Below are positions 51,205-64,000 of a stretch of 64,000 bases of DNA, in pieces. Made by a program: the position numbers and the translations under genes. The notes under the pieces were generated by a model. The model worked only from the letters and a program-made list of their open reading frames with translations. It searched no databases and was not told the origin of the DNA. Every line of letters starts with the position of its first letter. Positions within the stretch are counted from its first letter, which is position 1. The stretch comes from Glaucostegus cemiculus (taxonomy: Eukaryota). The DNA is taken from positions 3,534,001 through 3,598,000 of the forward strand of contig CDPCPM010000078.1 of NCBI GenBank assembly GCA_976551045.1. The letters are read 5' to 3'.

Positions 51205-51695
51205 CTAAAAACAGAAGTTGCTGGTAAAACTCAGCAGGATAAGTAGAAAGGAAACAGAATTAATTTTTTAGGTCAAAGACCCTTCATCAAAACAAGAAAG
51301 AGAGAAAACAAATGAGGTTTAAGTTGCAGAGAGTAGGGGAGGTACGGATAGGATACAGTTAAATGACTCTCATGGGGCGAAGCCAGGTTTACTCAGTTTG
51401 TAGAAGTGTCTGGTGAGGTATTAATGAGGATAATTCAATAAAGTAAACAAACAAAAAACAAGTAAAAGCTGTGAAATGCAGGCCAGAGCTGTTGCTGAAA
51501 CTTAAGACCCAAAGTTGAATTGTTTTCTATCTATCCTCTTGTCACACCCAATCCTTTTTAACTTCTCTGCAATTTAAAACTAACTTGTTTTCCCTTTCCC
51601 AGTTTTGATGAAATATTTAACCTGAAATGTTAACCCTGTTTCTTTCCCCACAGATCCTGCCTGACCTACTGAGGTTTTCCAAAATTTTATCTGTT
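51205..51695. mobile_element. PLE-derived element with ~130-bp terminal inverted repeats
   Basis: 51205-51333 (aaaacagaagttgctgg…ctcagcagg…gaaacag…aggtcaaagacccttcatcaaaac…gaaaacaa…aagttgcagaga) is the reverse complement of 51560-51695 (tctctgcaattt…cttgttttc…gttttgatgaa…acctgaaatgttaaccctgtttc…cctactgag…). Confidence 0.8.
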
Positions 51696-51699
51696 TATT

Positions 51700-53930
51700 C
51701 CAACCAGGCCAGCTTGAAGAAGTCTCTGACAAATTACCACCAACATGTCACCTGAAGAACCAGGCAAGTCAACGCACTCAATCACTGCTACACCACCATC
51801 AAGAATGCTTACTGTGCCATCCCAAGCCTGCACTTTGGCAAGTCTGATCACTTGGCTGTATTCTACTTCTGACAATACAGACAGTGACTAAGGACTGTAA
51901 TGCCAGTGGTGAGGACCACGAAGGCCAAGGGAGGTGGAGGAGCATTTACAGCACTGCTTTGAATTGGTGGACTGGACCATATTCAGAGATTCATCTTCAG
52001 ATCTGAATGGATATGTCATGGCCTTCATCAGCTTGTCAAGACCTGTGCAAATGAGTGAGTGCCGTCAAGAACATACCGAGTTTTCCAAAGCAAGCCCTGG
52101 ATGAACCGGGAGATTCAGAGTCTGCCGAGGGATAGATCTGTGGTGTTCAAGACTGGTGATCCAGTACCCTACAAGAAGTTCAAGTATAACCTACGGAAGG
52201 CCATCGTGAGAGTGAAAAGGCAATTCTGTGTGAAGTTAAAAACACAATTGGATGCATGATAGCTTGGCAGGGTTTGCATGCCATTACTTCCTATAAAGCG
52301 AAACCGAACAGCATAAATGGCAGTGATGCTTCACTCCCTGATAAGCTCAATGCCTTCTATGCATGCTTTGAAAGGGAGTGTAACACGACACCTACGTGAA
52401 TCCCCATAGCATCTGGCGACCTTGTAATCTCTGTCTTGGAGGGTGACGTCAGAACATCCTTCAAGAGGGTGAACCCTCGCAAGATGTCAGGCCCTGATGA
52501 TGTACCTGGCAGGGTACTGAAGATCTGTGCCAACCAACTGCCTGGAATGTTCAAGGACATCTTCAAATCCTGACAGCTACAGTCGGAGGTTTCCACCTTC
52601 TTCAAAAGGACGTCAATCATACCGGTGCCCAAGAAGAGCAGGGTGAGCTGCCTCAATGACTATCACCCGGTAGCACTCACACCTACTGTGGTGAAGTGCT
52701 TTGAGAGGTTGATCATGGGTAGAATTAACTCCTGCCTGAGTAGGGACCTGGACCTGCTGCGATTTGCCTACCACCACAACAGGTCTACAGCGAACACAAC
52801 CTCACTGCCTCTCCACTAGGCTTTGGAGCGCCTGGACAACAGCAAAACTTACGTCAGGCTACTATTTATCAATTACAGCTCGGCATTCAACACCGTCATC
52901 CCCTCAGTGCTAATTAACAAGCTTCAAATCCTGGGTCTCATACCTCGCTCTGCAACTGGATCCTCGACTTCCACATTGGGAGAGCACAGTCAGTGCAGAT
53001 CGGTAGTAACATCTCCTCGCTGACAATCAACACAGGCACACCTTAAGGATACATGCTTATCCCACTGCTCTACTCTCTCTACACGTCTGACTGTGGCTAG
53101 GCATAGCTCAAACATCATCTAGAAAGTTACCGATGACATCACTGTTGTTAGCAGTATCTCAGATGGTGAAGTGGAAGCGTACAGGAGTGAGATAGATCAG
53201 TTGGTTCAGTGGTATTGCAACAACAACCTCACACTAAATGTCAGCAAGACCAAGGAAGTGATTGTGGACTTCAGGAAAGGGAAGTCAGGAGAGCACACAC
53301 AGGTATTCGTTGAAGGGTCAGTGGTGGAAAGGTTGAGCAGTTTCAAGTTCCTGTGTGTCAGCACCTCAGAGGATCTATCCTGGGCCCAACACATTGATGC
53401 AATCACAAAGAAGGCATGCCAGCAGTCAACTTCATGAGGAGTTTGAGATTAGGTATGTCAACAAAGACTCTTACAAATTTCTACAGATGTACAGTAGAGA
53501 GCATTCTGACTGGTTGCATCACAGCCTGGTATGAAGGTTCCAATGTGCCGGATTGAAAGAGGCTGCAGAGGGTAAACTCAACCAACTCATGGGCACAACA
53601 CTCCCCGCCATTGAGGACATCTTCAAGAGGTGGTACCTCAAGAAGGCAGCATCAATTGTTAAGGACCCTCACTACCCGGAACATGACCTCTTCCCGTTAT
53701 TACCATCGGGAAGGAGGTACAGGAGCCTGAAGACCCACACTCAACACTTCGGGAACAGCTTCTTCCCCTCTGCCACCATATTTCTGACTGGTCCATAAAC
53801 CCTGAACACTACCTCATTATTCCTCTTTCACACGATTTATTTATTTTTGCAAGTTGAAGTAATGTTATGTCTTTATGTCCTGTACTGTAAAGCTGCTGCA
53901 AAACAACAAATTTGCCGATTCTGATTCAGA
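51700..53930 (+). mobile_element. Rex1/Babar LINE, 5'-truncated and degenerate (APE end, RT, 3'UTR)
   Basis: cactttggcaagtctgatcac (HFGKSDH), [73 protein letters not shown]; tail gattctgattc; many stops and frameshifts. Confidence 0.93.
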
Positions 53931-55379
53931 TTTTTTAGCGTGTGCACTTTTCTAAAAAAAAAAGAAAAATGATTTTCAGTAACTAAATCTGCTTAGGTTA
54001 CCCTGAAATGTAACCAATCCCAAAGTCACAGATATGAAAGAGGTAATGGAAAATAGATTCACCAAAACCCTACTAAAAGTACAGATAGCTATTTAAAACC
54101 TTGCTTAGCTAAACAAATACAGGAGAGGAAATAAGAAGATAAATTGTTACTTATCCCTCTATGCATTCTGTCATATCGCCAATAATTCTGGGAGAATGTC
54201 TGGCATTTTTCTGGCAGTTCAACAAATTCTTCAAAAACAATGAAGGCTGCATACTTCATAAAAGTCCATTTAATATCAACAAATAACCCATCAAATGTTT
54301 ATATTTCTTATTTAATAAAAAGCAGCTCTTGGATGTACTCTGGAATCCTGGCTGTACTCCCTCATAAGCATAACCAGCAAATAAACAAACATCCATGGAT
54401 TCAATATATCTGAAAGCGTGAGTGCATGTTATATTCAAACATGCTGTGGCCTGATCAGCAAGACATGTGTTCCAAATCTTTACCAAGCTAAAAGAGATAA
54501 ATTTACAGCAATGTGCTAGACAGCAGAGATGGAAGCATGTCGTAAGAGATAACATTTAATCATATCATCCCAGGCATCAACAAATGGCAGAGTCAATATC
54601 TTAAGAATATGCCATCATTTTATCTTATTTCTTTGATTAATGGCAGTGCAGGACTCAGAGGATCTAAAGTCTAAAAGGGAATGAAGTAACCCAAAAAGGT
54701 TTAGCGCAATTATCACAATGGTCCAGCAGTTAAATGAGACAAATTAGCTCCAATAAACTAATCAAAGCTTGGCACTCACAAATAATTAATTCACATTCAA
54801 GTGCTTTCCTTGAGGATAGGATCCACTTCCACTTACTCATTTTAAATGGATTATTGGGAGACTAAAACAAGGATAAGACAGACGTGTTTCTCCACCCCCA
54901 ACCACCCACCCCTGAATTCTGCTGTATTTTCGGCCACCAGCCTCCGCAGGTTCACTCACAAGTAGTTTTAGATCTCAGTCTCTGCCACACGTCATCATGC
55001 ACCATCGTTAACAGTTTGCATTTTCCATTCTATACTCATTTTAATGTTTTGCACTTTTTTGGCAAGTTAGTGCTTCACCTTCAAATGAAGTCTGACACAA
55101 TCGAAGGACATGCATTTTTGTTCAAGCAGGAATTTCCTTTTTATTTCATCCTCCTCATAGCTTTTCACGTACAGTTTAAAGCTCATTATCGTTCAATTGT
55201 TAAAGCAGTCGAACTTTTTACATTGGCTTCTGGCAGAACGCTTTGTGAATTTTTTTTAAAGACTAGTGCAGAGCTTTTTCAGGGAAAAGATGAATAGAAA
55301 TCACTTTGGAGGGTCACTTGGGTGAAACTAGCTTCATTTTAAACTTATATAACCAGATACTGTTATTTCAGTCAAATGC

Positions 55380-55950
55380 ACGAAGGCAAGAATAGCATTC
55401 TAGAATAGTAAAGTAGGATAACCCAGAAGGATATTCAAATCCATATGGGTAGAGCTTAGAAACCAAAAAAAAGGAAATCACAGTGCTGGGGTGTATTACA
55501 GCACTACTAGGAGATAAAGGAACAGATTTATAGGCATATCACAGAGAGGTGCAAGAATAAACTAGTCATAGAAGTAGAGAATTTCAACTTCTCCAAAAAT
55601 ACTGGGATCCCATTGTGAAAAGCTGAGAGGGGCTGGGAATTTTAATGTGTGTCCAGGAGAGCTTTTTGAAACAGTAAATAGACTCTCATACTAGAGGTGA
55701 GACTAGGGAATGTAACTGGACCAAAGCCAATGGGAGAGCATTTTGGAGGTAGTGACACTAAATTTCAAGATTGTTATGGAAAGGGATAAAGATAGACCAG
55801 AAATTAAGGTCCTGAATTGCAGGAAGGTAGATTTCAATATTATAAGGCAAGTCTTGGCAAAAGTAGTCTCGGAAGAGGTACTTGCAAGAAAGTCCACATT
55901 GAGCAATTAGGAGTCATTCAAAAGTGAGCAGGGAGTTTTCAGGGTAATGT
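55380..55950 (+). mobile_element. Decayed CR1 endonuclease-region fragment
   Basis: Collinear with 31110-31650 (ccatatgggtagagcttagaaacc…gtgctggggtgtattac…atttcaacttc…tgtgtccaggag). Confidence 0.75.
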
Positions 55951-56444
55951 AATTGATAACAGTTTATTATTGTCACAGGTACATGGGAAGTTGTAACTTG
56001 ATGGTTTTAAGTGCTTGACAGCATAAATATTGCTTGAAATTATTTGTAGTTTTTACTCAATTGTAGAGGTTCAACAGCATTTTTTATCTATTTCCAAACA
56101 ATAAAATATTCAAATATTTACTTTTTGATAAAATTACACTTTAATCCACAATTCTCAAAAGTACTGGTAAGAATTTTTGTTTTCCATTTGGCCTTCAGAA
56201 TCAAATACTGGAGTGATACAAAAAGGACTCAAGGTGTTAAACCAACATTTAACAATCAGGTATGGACTCGTCAAACATATGAGACTTGAAAGCATTGTGC
56301 TAGAACCAAGGAGGACACAGAGCATGTGATAAAAACTCAGAAACACCAAATTACAAAAACTAGATTGTATCTTAAGAGTCATACCATCCCACAGGTTCCT
56401 TCTTTGGACAGCTCAGCATGGTATTGCATTAGCAAAACACCAAC

Positions 56445-56548
56445 AGAATCAGAATAAGGTTTATTATCACTGACTTATGTCATAAAATTTGTTGTTTTGC
56501 AGCAGCAGTACAGTGCAAGACATAAAAATTACCATAAGTTACAAAAAT
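56445..56548 (-). mobile_element. Rex1-type 3' tail remnant
   Basis: aaatttgttgttttgcagcagcagtacagtgcaagacataaa is the antisense of the tail at 53860-53915. Confidence 0.75.
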
Positions 56549-56714
56549 ATGAGCCTTTAATAATAGAGATAATTTTGCTTGAAAGTGCGCAAAAACAGCA
56601 AGAATAAAAATATAATTGACGCACTAGGAACATATATTATCAAGCTTGAAGGAGATTGGAGAGCATATTTAAGGTGCTTTACAGAAGCATCAGATTGACA
56701 CAGAAAGTGGTTGT

Positions 56715-56812
56715 GAAGTTCTGAAGAAAGGGAAAAGATCTGAAACATTAATTCAGTTCCTCTTATGATAGATGTGCCTGCCCTCTTGAGTAGTCAAGCA
56801 TTTTCTGTTTGT
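56715..56812 (+). mobile_element. PLE terminal remnant with a hammerhead-like core
   Basis: agttCTGAAGA…GAAAcattaatt followed by gatgtgcctgccctcttgagtagtcaagcattttctgttt (PLE end motif). Confidence 0.55.
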
Positions 56813-56849
56813 GTTACACACGAATTGGTGTGTAAAACTTGGGTTAGGA

Positions 56850-57300
56850 AGTTAGTTTTCAAGGATCATTTTAAAGAAAAGAAAAGCAGGAGTTTAAAGG
56901 TCCTGGTAGGTGAAGGCACTGCTGCCAACTGATAGAGCAAAGGAAAGAGAATCTGAGCAGTGAGGTTCTAGAAGCTCATAGAGTAGAGGAGCTTACAGAG
57001 AACAACAGTGAGCAATGATGGCATGGAGGAATGGGTGCACAAGGATGAGAATTGTAAAAATCCATTCACCATCACATTGGGAGTCAATATAAGGAAGCAA
57101 GCACAAGACTGATGATGTACCAGACATGATTTAGGGTTTAAGATGTTACCAGTATGGTTTTAGATAAGTCAAGATCACTGATTATCTTCTTAGGTGGTAC
57201 CCTGGGATCAAGGATGACTTCCACTCCAGTAATATTATGTGGGTGGCCAGATGAACACTGGAATAGTCTGGAGGCAATAAAGGACATAAGATGAGCAGTG
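56850..57300 (-). mobile_element. Old L2-type fragment with a small RTE tail insertion (57184-57230)
   Basis: ggtgaaggcactgctgcc…ggaggagcttacagag…caaggatgagaatt…ttgggagtcaat recalled as antisense L2; tcttcttaggtggtaccctgggatcaaggatgacttccactcc resembles the antisense of the 25300-25350 tail. Confidence 0.45.
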
Positions 57301-58279
57301 GGAGGTAGAGTTAAATTATAGCCTTAATCGTTGAGTAACGATGCATTGATGACTCGTGATGAGCATCTACACACTTTTTGTTTAAAAAAAAGAGTTGAAT
57401 GTACCAAAAGGTGGTGCAGATTGTCCAGGAAGGCATCCAATAATGTGCACTACCAAACCAAAATAATGAATAATGGATTTACTGCTGCTTAATTTACATA
57501 ACATTGTACAGCTTCTAACATAGCAAAAGCATCCACGGTGTTACATTAAAATGCCATCAACCACCAACATTCAGCCATTTTCTGGGTCATATGGTCAAAA
57601 ATGGACATTTTGGTCCCTACTGGTTGATTATAATCAGAAGTAAGAATATAACTGATCACAGAGAGCTGCAAGGTTTGTAAATACAACATATTGCTGTTTT
57701 CTAATGCAACACATCACACTAACTTAATAAATAAACAACCTTTCAACAAATAAAAATTTCTGATTCATGTAAACTGATAATTTGCAATCATACTTGCCTC
57801 TAACTCTTAGGCCAGAGAGTTCATAAACCCTTTTGGAAGAAACCAATGTATATTTTTTGTTCCCCCTTTCGTCAATGAGCTGGGGTGCTACTGCATACTG
57901 AAGACAAAGTGCCTGATTCAGGATCTTTGATGCAGCCAAATGATTAAGTTTTCCAAACTCAAAATGAGCTGTACAACTAGTGTACTACGTTTTTGCAGGT
58001 ATGAGACAATGACTACCTTATGATTCTGTTGTTGAAGGAGACAAAGTGGAGGAGTATCTTGAGAATCGATAATTCCTGGAGCTTTCTTTCTAATATTTAT
58101 GACTTCAAGCCAGGCAGAGACAACTTTTACTCAGCCAATCCAGTTTCCTCCACGTCCATCTAAAAGGGAGGGAAGGAATGAAATTTGCATTGCAGGAATA
58201 AACACTACCTGTCAATTGTAAAAACTTTGGTGAAATCTTCGGTTCTTAACTCATCACTTGAAACAGGGCAGAACAAAAA

Positions 58280-59495
58280 GCATAACTGGGGAGAGTAGAT
58301 TGGGAGAGGCTGATTGGGGGTATATCTACATACGACATGTGGGAGTCTTTAAAGGCCAGCTGGTTTACCAGCATGTTTCTGCAAGGATGAAAGACAAGAA
58401 TGGCAAGGTTTGGGAACCTTGGATGACATGAGACATTGTAAGTTCAATCAAAAGAGAAAGAGAGAGCTTATGTAAGACTTAAGAAGCTGAAATTGTATAA
58501 GGCCTTTGAGGAATAAAAATGAAGCAGGAAAGAATATTAACAAGGAATAAGGAGGGTGATAAATGTTTGTGACAAATAAGATTAAGGAGAATCTGAAAGC
58601 AATTTACAAGTATATTAAAATTAAGAGATAAGACAGGGAAAGGGTAGATCCACCCAAGGACAAAGGAGGGAATCTATGCCTAGAGCCAGAGGAAGTGAGA
58701 AAGGTCCGAAATGAGTACTTTACATCAAAATTCACCAAGGACATGAATGATGGAAAGGTCAGGGAGGTACGTTGCTATTCTAGGGCTTGTTGATATTGAG
58801 GAGGAGGTGGTGTTGGATCTCCTGAAAACAGTGAAGTGAATAAGTCCCAGGGCCTCATGGAACCTATCCCAGAACACTGAGGGAGGCAAGTTATGTGATT
58901 GCTGGGGCTTTGACTGAAATCTTTGTATTCGCTTCAGCCACAGGCGAGGTTCCAAAAAACTGGAGAATAACCAATGTTGTTCCATTGTTTAAGAAGGGCA
59001 AAAGGAACACACCAGGAAATTATAGGCCAGTGAGCCTTACACCAGTGGTAGGGAAATTACTGGAGAAGATCCCCAGGGGCAAGATTTACTTGCACTTGGC
59101 AAAGCATGGACTTATTCAGGAAAGTTAGCATGGCTTTGTGCAGGGGAGGTTCTGTCTCACAAATTTGATTGAGTTGACAAGAATGATTGACAAGGATAGG
59201 GCAGTGGATGTTGTCCACATGGACTTTAGTAAAACATTTGACAAGGTCCCTCACAGTAGGCTGGTCCAGAAGACCATGTCACATGGCATCCACAGCGAGT
59301 TGGTAACTTCAAGACAAAATGGGCTTGGTCATAGAAGACAGAGGGCAGGATATAGATCAGTTGGAAATCTGGATGGAGAAATGGCAGGTGGAGTTTAATC
59401 TAGCAGGTGTGAGGTGTGGCAGTAGCATCATGGTTAGCACAGATATGGTAGGTCGAAGGACCTGTTCCTGTCCTGTTCAATGTTCTACATTCTAA
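58280..59495 (+). mobile_element. Decayed CR1 LINE with internal deletions
   Basis: WRITNVVPLFKKG…NYRPVSLTPVVGKLLEKI and AVDVVHMDFSKTFDKVPH; jumps to the tail ggtcgaaggacctgttcctg at about 59450. Confidence 0.92.
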
Positions 59496-59869
59496 GCAAT
59501 CACCTAAAAATTCTTTGATTCACATTAAACCAGCACCGTGCAGTTTCACAAGAGCAATATTCTTATCACACATCAAACCCAAGGGACTATGCATGCTGGA
59601 TGGGCTGTGCACAAAAGCACACAAAAGCCTTCCCTCCAGTGGCTCCAAGGTCAAAGAAGCAAACAGGCAGGAGTCTGTTGAGGAGCAAAATTAAATTAGT
59701 GGGTGGGGAATGCAGGAGGATGGGAGGAATGTCACTGAAAACTGAGGGTGGGAATGAACTGCAAGCAAAATATCTTACTGAACTTCCGTGTTACAAGACT
59801 AAGAACACAACAGCCTTGAGCCAGTGTACTCTGGTCTCCATTTCCCCCTTTAAATGGAGCATAAGGCCT

Positions 59870-61375
59870 CCACCACACCTGGCCTCAAATGATGGTGGAC
59901 AACTAAACAGCTGAAGGCTCTAAGAACATTCCCACCCTCAATGATGGCAGGGCCCAGTATGTAAATGCTCAAACCAGGTTCAGCAGGAAGTGCTCAAATG
60001 ATGAATCATCTTCCTCCCAAAATCCCCAATATCACAATTCAATTCACTCCACAGAAATATAAAGAAACAACTGAGAACAGTGGATACCACAATGGTGATG
60101 GGACAGGAAAACATTCCAGCCATAGTTCTGAAGAATTTATCTCCAGAACTTATAGGTTAAGCTTTCAATTGGCACTAACTCACCAATAACCTACTCAATG
60201 ATGCCCAGTTTCAATTTTGCCAGGCTCACTTAGCTCCAGACCTCACCACAGTCTTGCTTCAAACATGGAACAAAGAGCTGAGCTCGGGAGGTGAGGTGAG
60301 AGTAATTGCCTCTGACATGAAGTCAGCAGCTGAAAGAGCAGGGCAATTTAGCAAAACTGAAGTCAACATGCATAAAAAGCAGACCACTGCCACGGTTGAA
60401 GTCATATGTCTTACAAAACAAAGAGGGTGTGGTTGTGGTTACTGGAGGTCAATAATCCAGGCCAGAACATTACTGTCAGAATTCCTCGGGACAATGTCCT
60501 AGGCTCAACCATGTTCAGCTGCTTTATCAATGAACTTCCCATTCTGAATTCCTCAGCAAATGTAGCATCCCCTGCCTGCATGGATTAAGATCAAGTCAAC
60601 ATTTAGGCAAGGACTGATAAGTAGCAAGTAACATCACATTATGAAAGTGCTGGGCAGTGACCATTTCCAGCAGTGTCTAACCACCTATCTACACTTTCAA
60701 CAAAGTTACCATTGTGTGTGTAATCCCTCACAATGAATAATCCAAGAGTCACTATTGACTAGAAACTCATCTGAATCAGCCACATAAACACCACGGCTAC
60801 ATGAGCAGATCAACGGCTGTTCATCTACAGTGAGTGACAGCTTCTGATACCCCAAGTCCTTTCCACAATCTACAAGGCACAAGTCGGGACTGTGATGAAT
60901 TATCCTCCACTTGTCTGAGTGAGCTTAAATCACCAAAAGCTCTCAAGAAACATGACACCATCCAAACTTGACTGGCATGCATCAACCACACCAAACAGTC
61001 ATTCCTTCCAATACTATTGCACAGTGGATACCATCTACAAAATGCACTGCAGTCATTTACCCAGGCTACTACAACAGCACCTCTCAAACTCACAACCTCT
61101 ACCACCAAGGAGGACGAAGGCAGCAGGTGCATAGGTATACTACCACCTACAATTTCCTCTCCAAGCTGCACACCATCCTGACTAGGAATTATATCATCAC
61201 TCGTTCATCAGCATTAGTTCTAAACCCTGGAATTCCCTATATAACAGTGATATGGAAATTCCTTCACCAGAAGGACTGCAGGTCAGGGATGCAATTCACC
61301 ACTACTTTCTCACGGACAATTAGGAAAGGGCAATAAGTGCTGGCCTTGCCAATAATACCCAGATTCCAAAAATCA
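59870..61375 (+). mobile_element. Ancient LINE (CR1/L2-group RT), strongly decayed
   Basis: QTWNKELSSGGEVRVIASDMKSA (cf. ALDIxxAFDRVWH) and IPRDNVLGSTMFSCFINELP (cf. GVPQGSVLGPxxFxxFINDLP); 3' end ggacaattaggaaagggcaataagtgctggccttgcc; second copy at 27040-27900. Confidence 0.75.
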
Positions 61376-63119
61376 ATTTTTAAAGAAAATCTGAAGCTCT
61401 ACTTTTGTGTGTTGTTACACAGCTCACGGTCCATGGAGCCACTATTGTATCACAAGCAACATCAAAAAATGAATTGCACGTTGTCTGATATTACTGAACA
61501 TCTACACGCCATATACATGGAGTACCCAAAAAATAGCCAAGTGAGTGACTCAAACAAAAGGATTCAATTACTTTTAGCAATCTGGTTTTAAACATTTTTT
61601 TCTGCAGAATAAAACAATTTTCTAATTCAAATTCTCTCTCTTTATAACTAATTTTCAACCTTTGCAATCAAAACAATATTTTGAAAGGCAAGTAATAAGG
61701 CATTTTGTGCAGTTACAGGCTTCAGATTATTGGCTATATATCAGCCACACATAAGCAGAACTTAAGTTAAATAAATACAGATCTATCCATTGCATATAAA
61801 GTTATCAACAATCTAGCATTAAAAGTAGAAATTATATTTTTGGTGTACCCAGGATGATTTGGCAATTTATTGAAGAGCAAGTGTTCAACACAGCTATCAG
61901 AATATTCCACTGACACAAGAGTAGTTTCACACATGGTTTCATGTGAACTGTGGTTCACAGAATTTCTTTTTTTTTAATAATACATCATGGAGACAGACAG
62001 AAGGCTGAAATAGAGCATAAAATTTTCCAGACACCTTTCTTTTCTTGAGCACACAACTTAACCCATCCTAACACACAAATTACACCCAAGGGTCTCTCCT
62101 TTAAAGCTGATACAGTATTTGTGTAACACACAAAATGAAAGACAATTCTTTTGCAGCATGCTAGCCAATTAGGAAGGGAAGTAGTGACTTGCGTAAAGAT
62201 TTGAAATAATAAAGAACTGTGCAAACGGGAATTGAGATATGAGAGTAGTCAAGGACAAGCGCATTCAGTCAATCAAAAACTGTCTCTTCTGGTTCAGGAA
62301 TCCATTGCATCCCCCAACCTGTATCAATGATTCTATCATCTGTCTGGTAGAATATTTTAAATTTTCAAAGTGTAAAATTGTGACATAGTTATCATTTAAC
62401 CAATATAACATACGCTGTCCAGGCATTCATCTTGAAACAAGATTTAGAAATCTGATTTCTTTATTAATACAATATGTTAATGCTTTTTATGTTGCTCTGT
62501 TAATGCCTTGTTTTTCCTGGCTGAAGTCAACTTTACTCCCCTTGTAGTTTATTTACATTCGGGGTTGTTTCAAAACCCTCCAGAAAACAGGTATTTTATT
62601 CCTCAAAAGAATAAAACTACTGGGCTGATCTCTGCTAAATAAAAAGTTGTTATTACTTCTCTCCGACATTCAATTTGTACTTTAAAAATTGTTTCAATGC
62701 AAACCAAAGAATCCACTCTTTTTCCCAAGTTCCTTAAATTATCTACTCACGTCTAATTCAATTAACTTTGTATATCGGTTAGAATTCTTATTTCATTCAA
62801 TATTTACAACTTCTTGTACAGAACAAAAATAACCAATCTAAGTGTTTCCACAAATTACTAAATGCATGTACCCTTACTGTTTCCTTTAGTTTAGTGCCTA
62901 TTGATTCAAAAAGGGTGACATGAATCTCTACATCCACACTATTTGTATACACCATGAAGACCATGACCATCACATAGTTTCTTCAAGGACCTGTCCCCTA
63001 TTCCTCCATTCTCATCTTCATACTATCCCATGGTGATTTAAACCACAGGCATAGAGATCAACTTACATATATTTCTCATTGACATGTGCATCACTTTCTC
63101 TATCCTTTCTCTCATGTTT

Positions 63120-63530
63120 AATTTCAAGTTTATCGTCATAGGCATATATACCCAGAGAGAGGGAGAGAGAGAAGGTTGGTTCAAGAACCTGATGGCAGTG
63201 GGGAAGAATCTTTTGTTGAACCTTGAGGTGTGGTCTTCAGGCTCCTGTACCTCTTGCTTGATGGCAGCATTAAGAAGAGGGCATGGCCTAGATGGTAGGG
63301 GCCCTTAATGATGGATGTTGCCTTCCTGAGACATCACCTCTTGTAGATGCCCTCGATGGTAGGTAGAACTGTACCAGTGATGGAACTGGCTGAGTCCACT
63401 ACTTTCTGTAGGGTTCCTGTGCATTGGAGTTTCCATACCAGGCCATGATGCAACCAGTCAGAATGCTATCCACAGTACATCTATAGAGGTTTGTCAGTCG
63501 ATGACAAGCCGAATCTCCTTAAGTTTCTCC
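63120..63530 (-). mobile_element. Rex1/Babar 3' fragment
   Basis: Collinear with 41215-41575 (ggttcaagaacctgatggcagtggggaagaa…ccataccaggccatgatgcaaccagtcagaatgct…). Confidence 0.85.
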
Positions 63531-64000
63531 ATAGCTGACAACATGCATAATATCTGCTCTCAGATAAGCTGGAATTTCCTCCAGATGAATATCAGTGAGG
63601 CCTGACCTTCAGAGTCACCACTGTCAAAGCTCTCACCAAAATTGGAGATGCGCAAATATCTTTGACATTCATCATATAAAAAGGCTTCAAGAAAAAATAT
63701 TTTTAAATGTTTCAAAAATTAAGACATTCACAAGCACTTAAAACATAAAAACACTTGCACTTAAAAGAAGGTTCAATTATCATTTTGTGGTAGCCATTTC
63801 TTCCCACTGATGTCAACCCCCCAAGACCTCGCAATCTACAGAAGTTTGCACTCTTAAACAAAGACTTTAAATTTCACAGATTGCACTAGTTCTTTCTCGC
63901 TTCTCTCTCTCCCTCTAATACATCAAGTAAACCCTTAAGTGTAAACTCTAACTTAAATATTAAATAAATAGAGAATAAATTAAGTACTGTGCCTATGGTC

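Noticed and set aside
55079-55186. Minus-strand ATG-initiated frame MSFKLYVKSYEEDEIKRKFLLEQKCMSFDCVRLHLK ending at AAG|GTGAAG
   Set aside because: Only a superficial likeness to PB1-domain N-termini; weak donor, no promoter or CpG-island context.
58020-58185. Strong minus-strand polypyrimidine acceptor (ttcattccttccctcccttttAG)
   Set aside because: All three frames stop within about 55 nt and no good donor precedes the stops; at most a non-coding exon.

Overview
AT-rich, CpG-poor vertebrate genomic DNA with no prokaryotic features. The repeat content (V-SINE/HE1-like SINEs, Deu-domain SINEs, many CR1 LINEs, Penelope-like elements) points to a cartilaginous fish, probably a ray or shark; this is an inference. 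The window reads as intronic or intergenic sequence full of retroelements, with one assembly gap (11387-11557). It holds a young 5'-truncated CR1 with a 511-aa RT ORF (about 31070-33710), many older CR1 copies, Rex1/Babar LINEs, L2 and RTE remnants, Penelope-like fragments and inverted repeats, and at least three V-SINE subfamilies. No host gene could be identified; a few weak minus-strand exon candidates are listed. The most notable observations are: (i) V-SINEs with a shared head and core but two different LINE-derived tails (CR1-like vs Rex1-like); (ii) reciprocal CR1/Rex1 nesting; (iii) a 3-kb nested retroelement cluster bracketed by inverted copies of the same rearranged CR1 junction; (iv) decayed minimal hammerhead ribozyme motifs and fold-back structures at Penelope ends; (v) an unrecognised old fold-back element at about 4010-4620 with a solo arm at about 47190-47430. 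I found no convincing new protein-coding system. All alignments and family assignments were made by eye, and boundaries are approximate.
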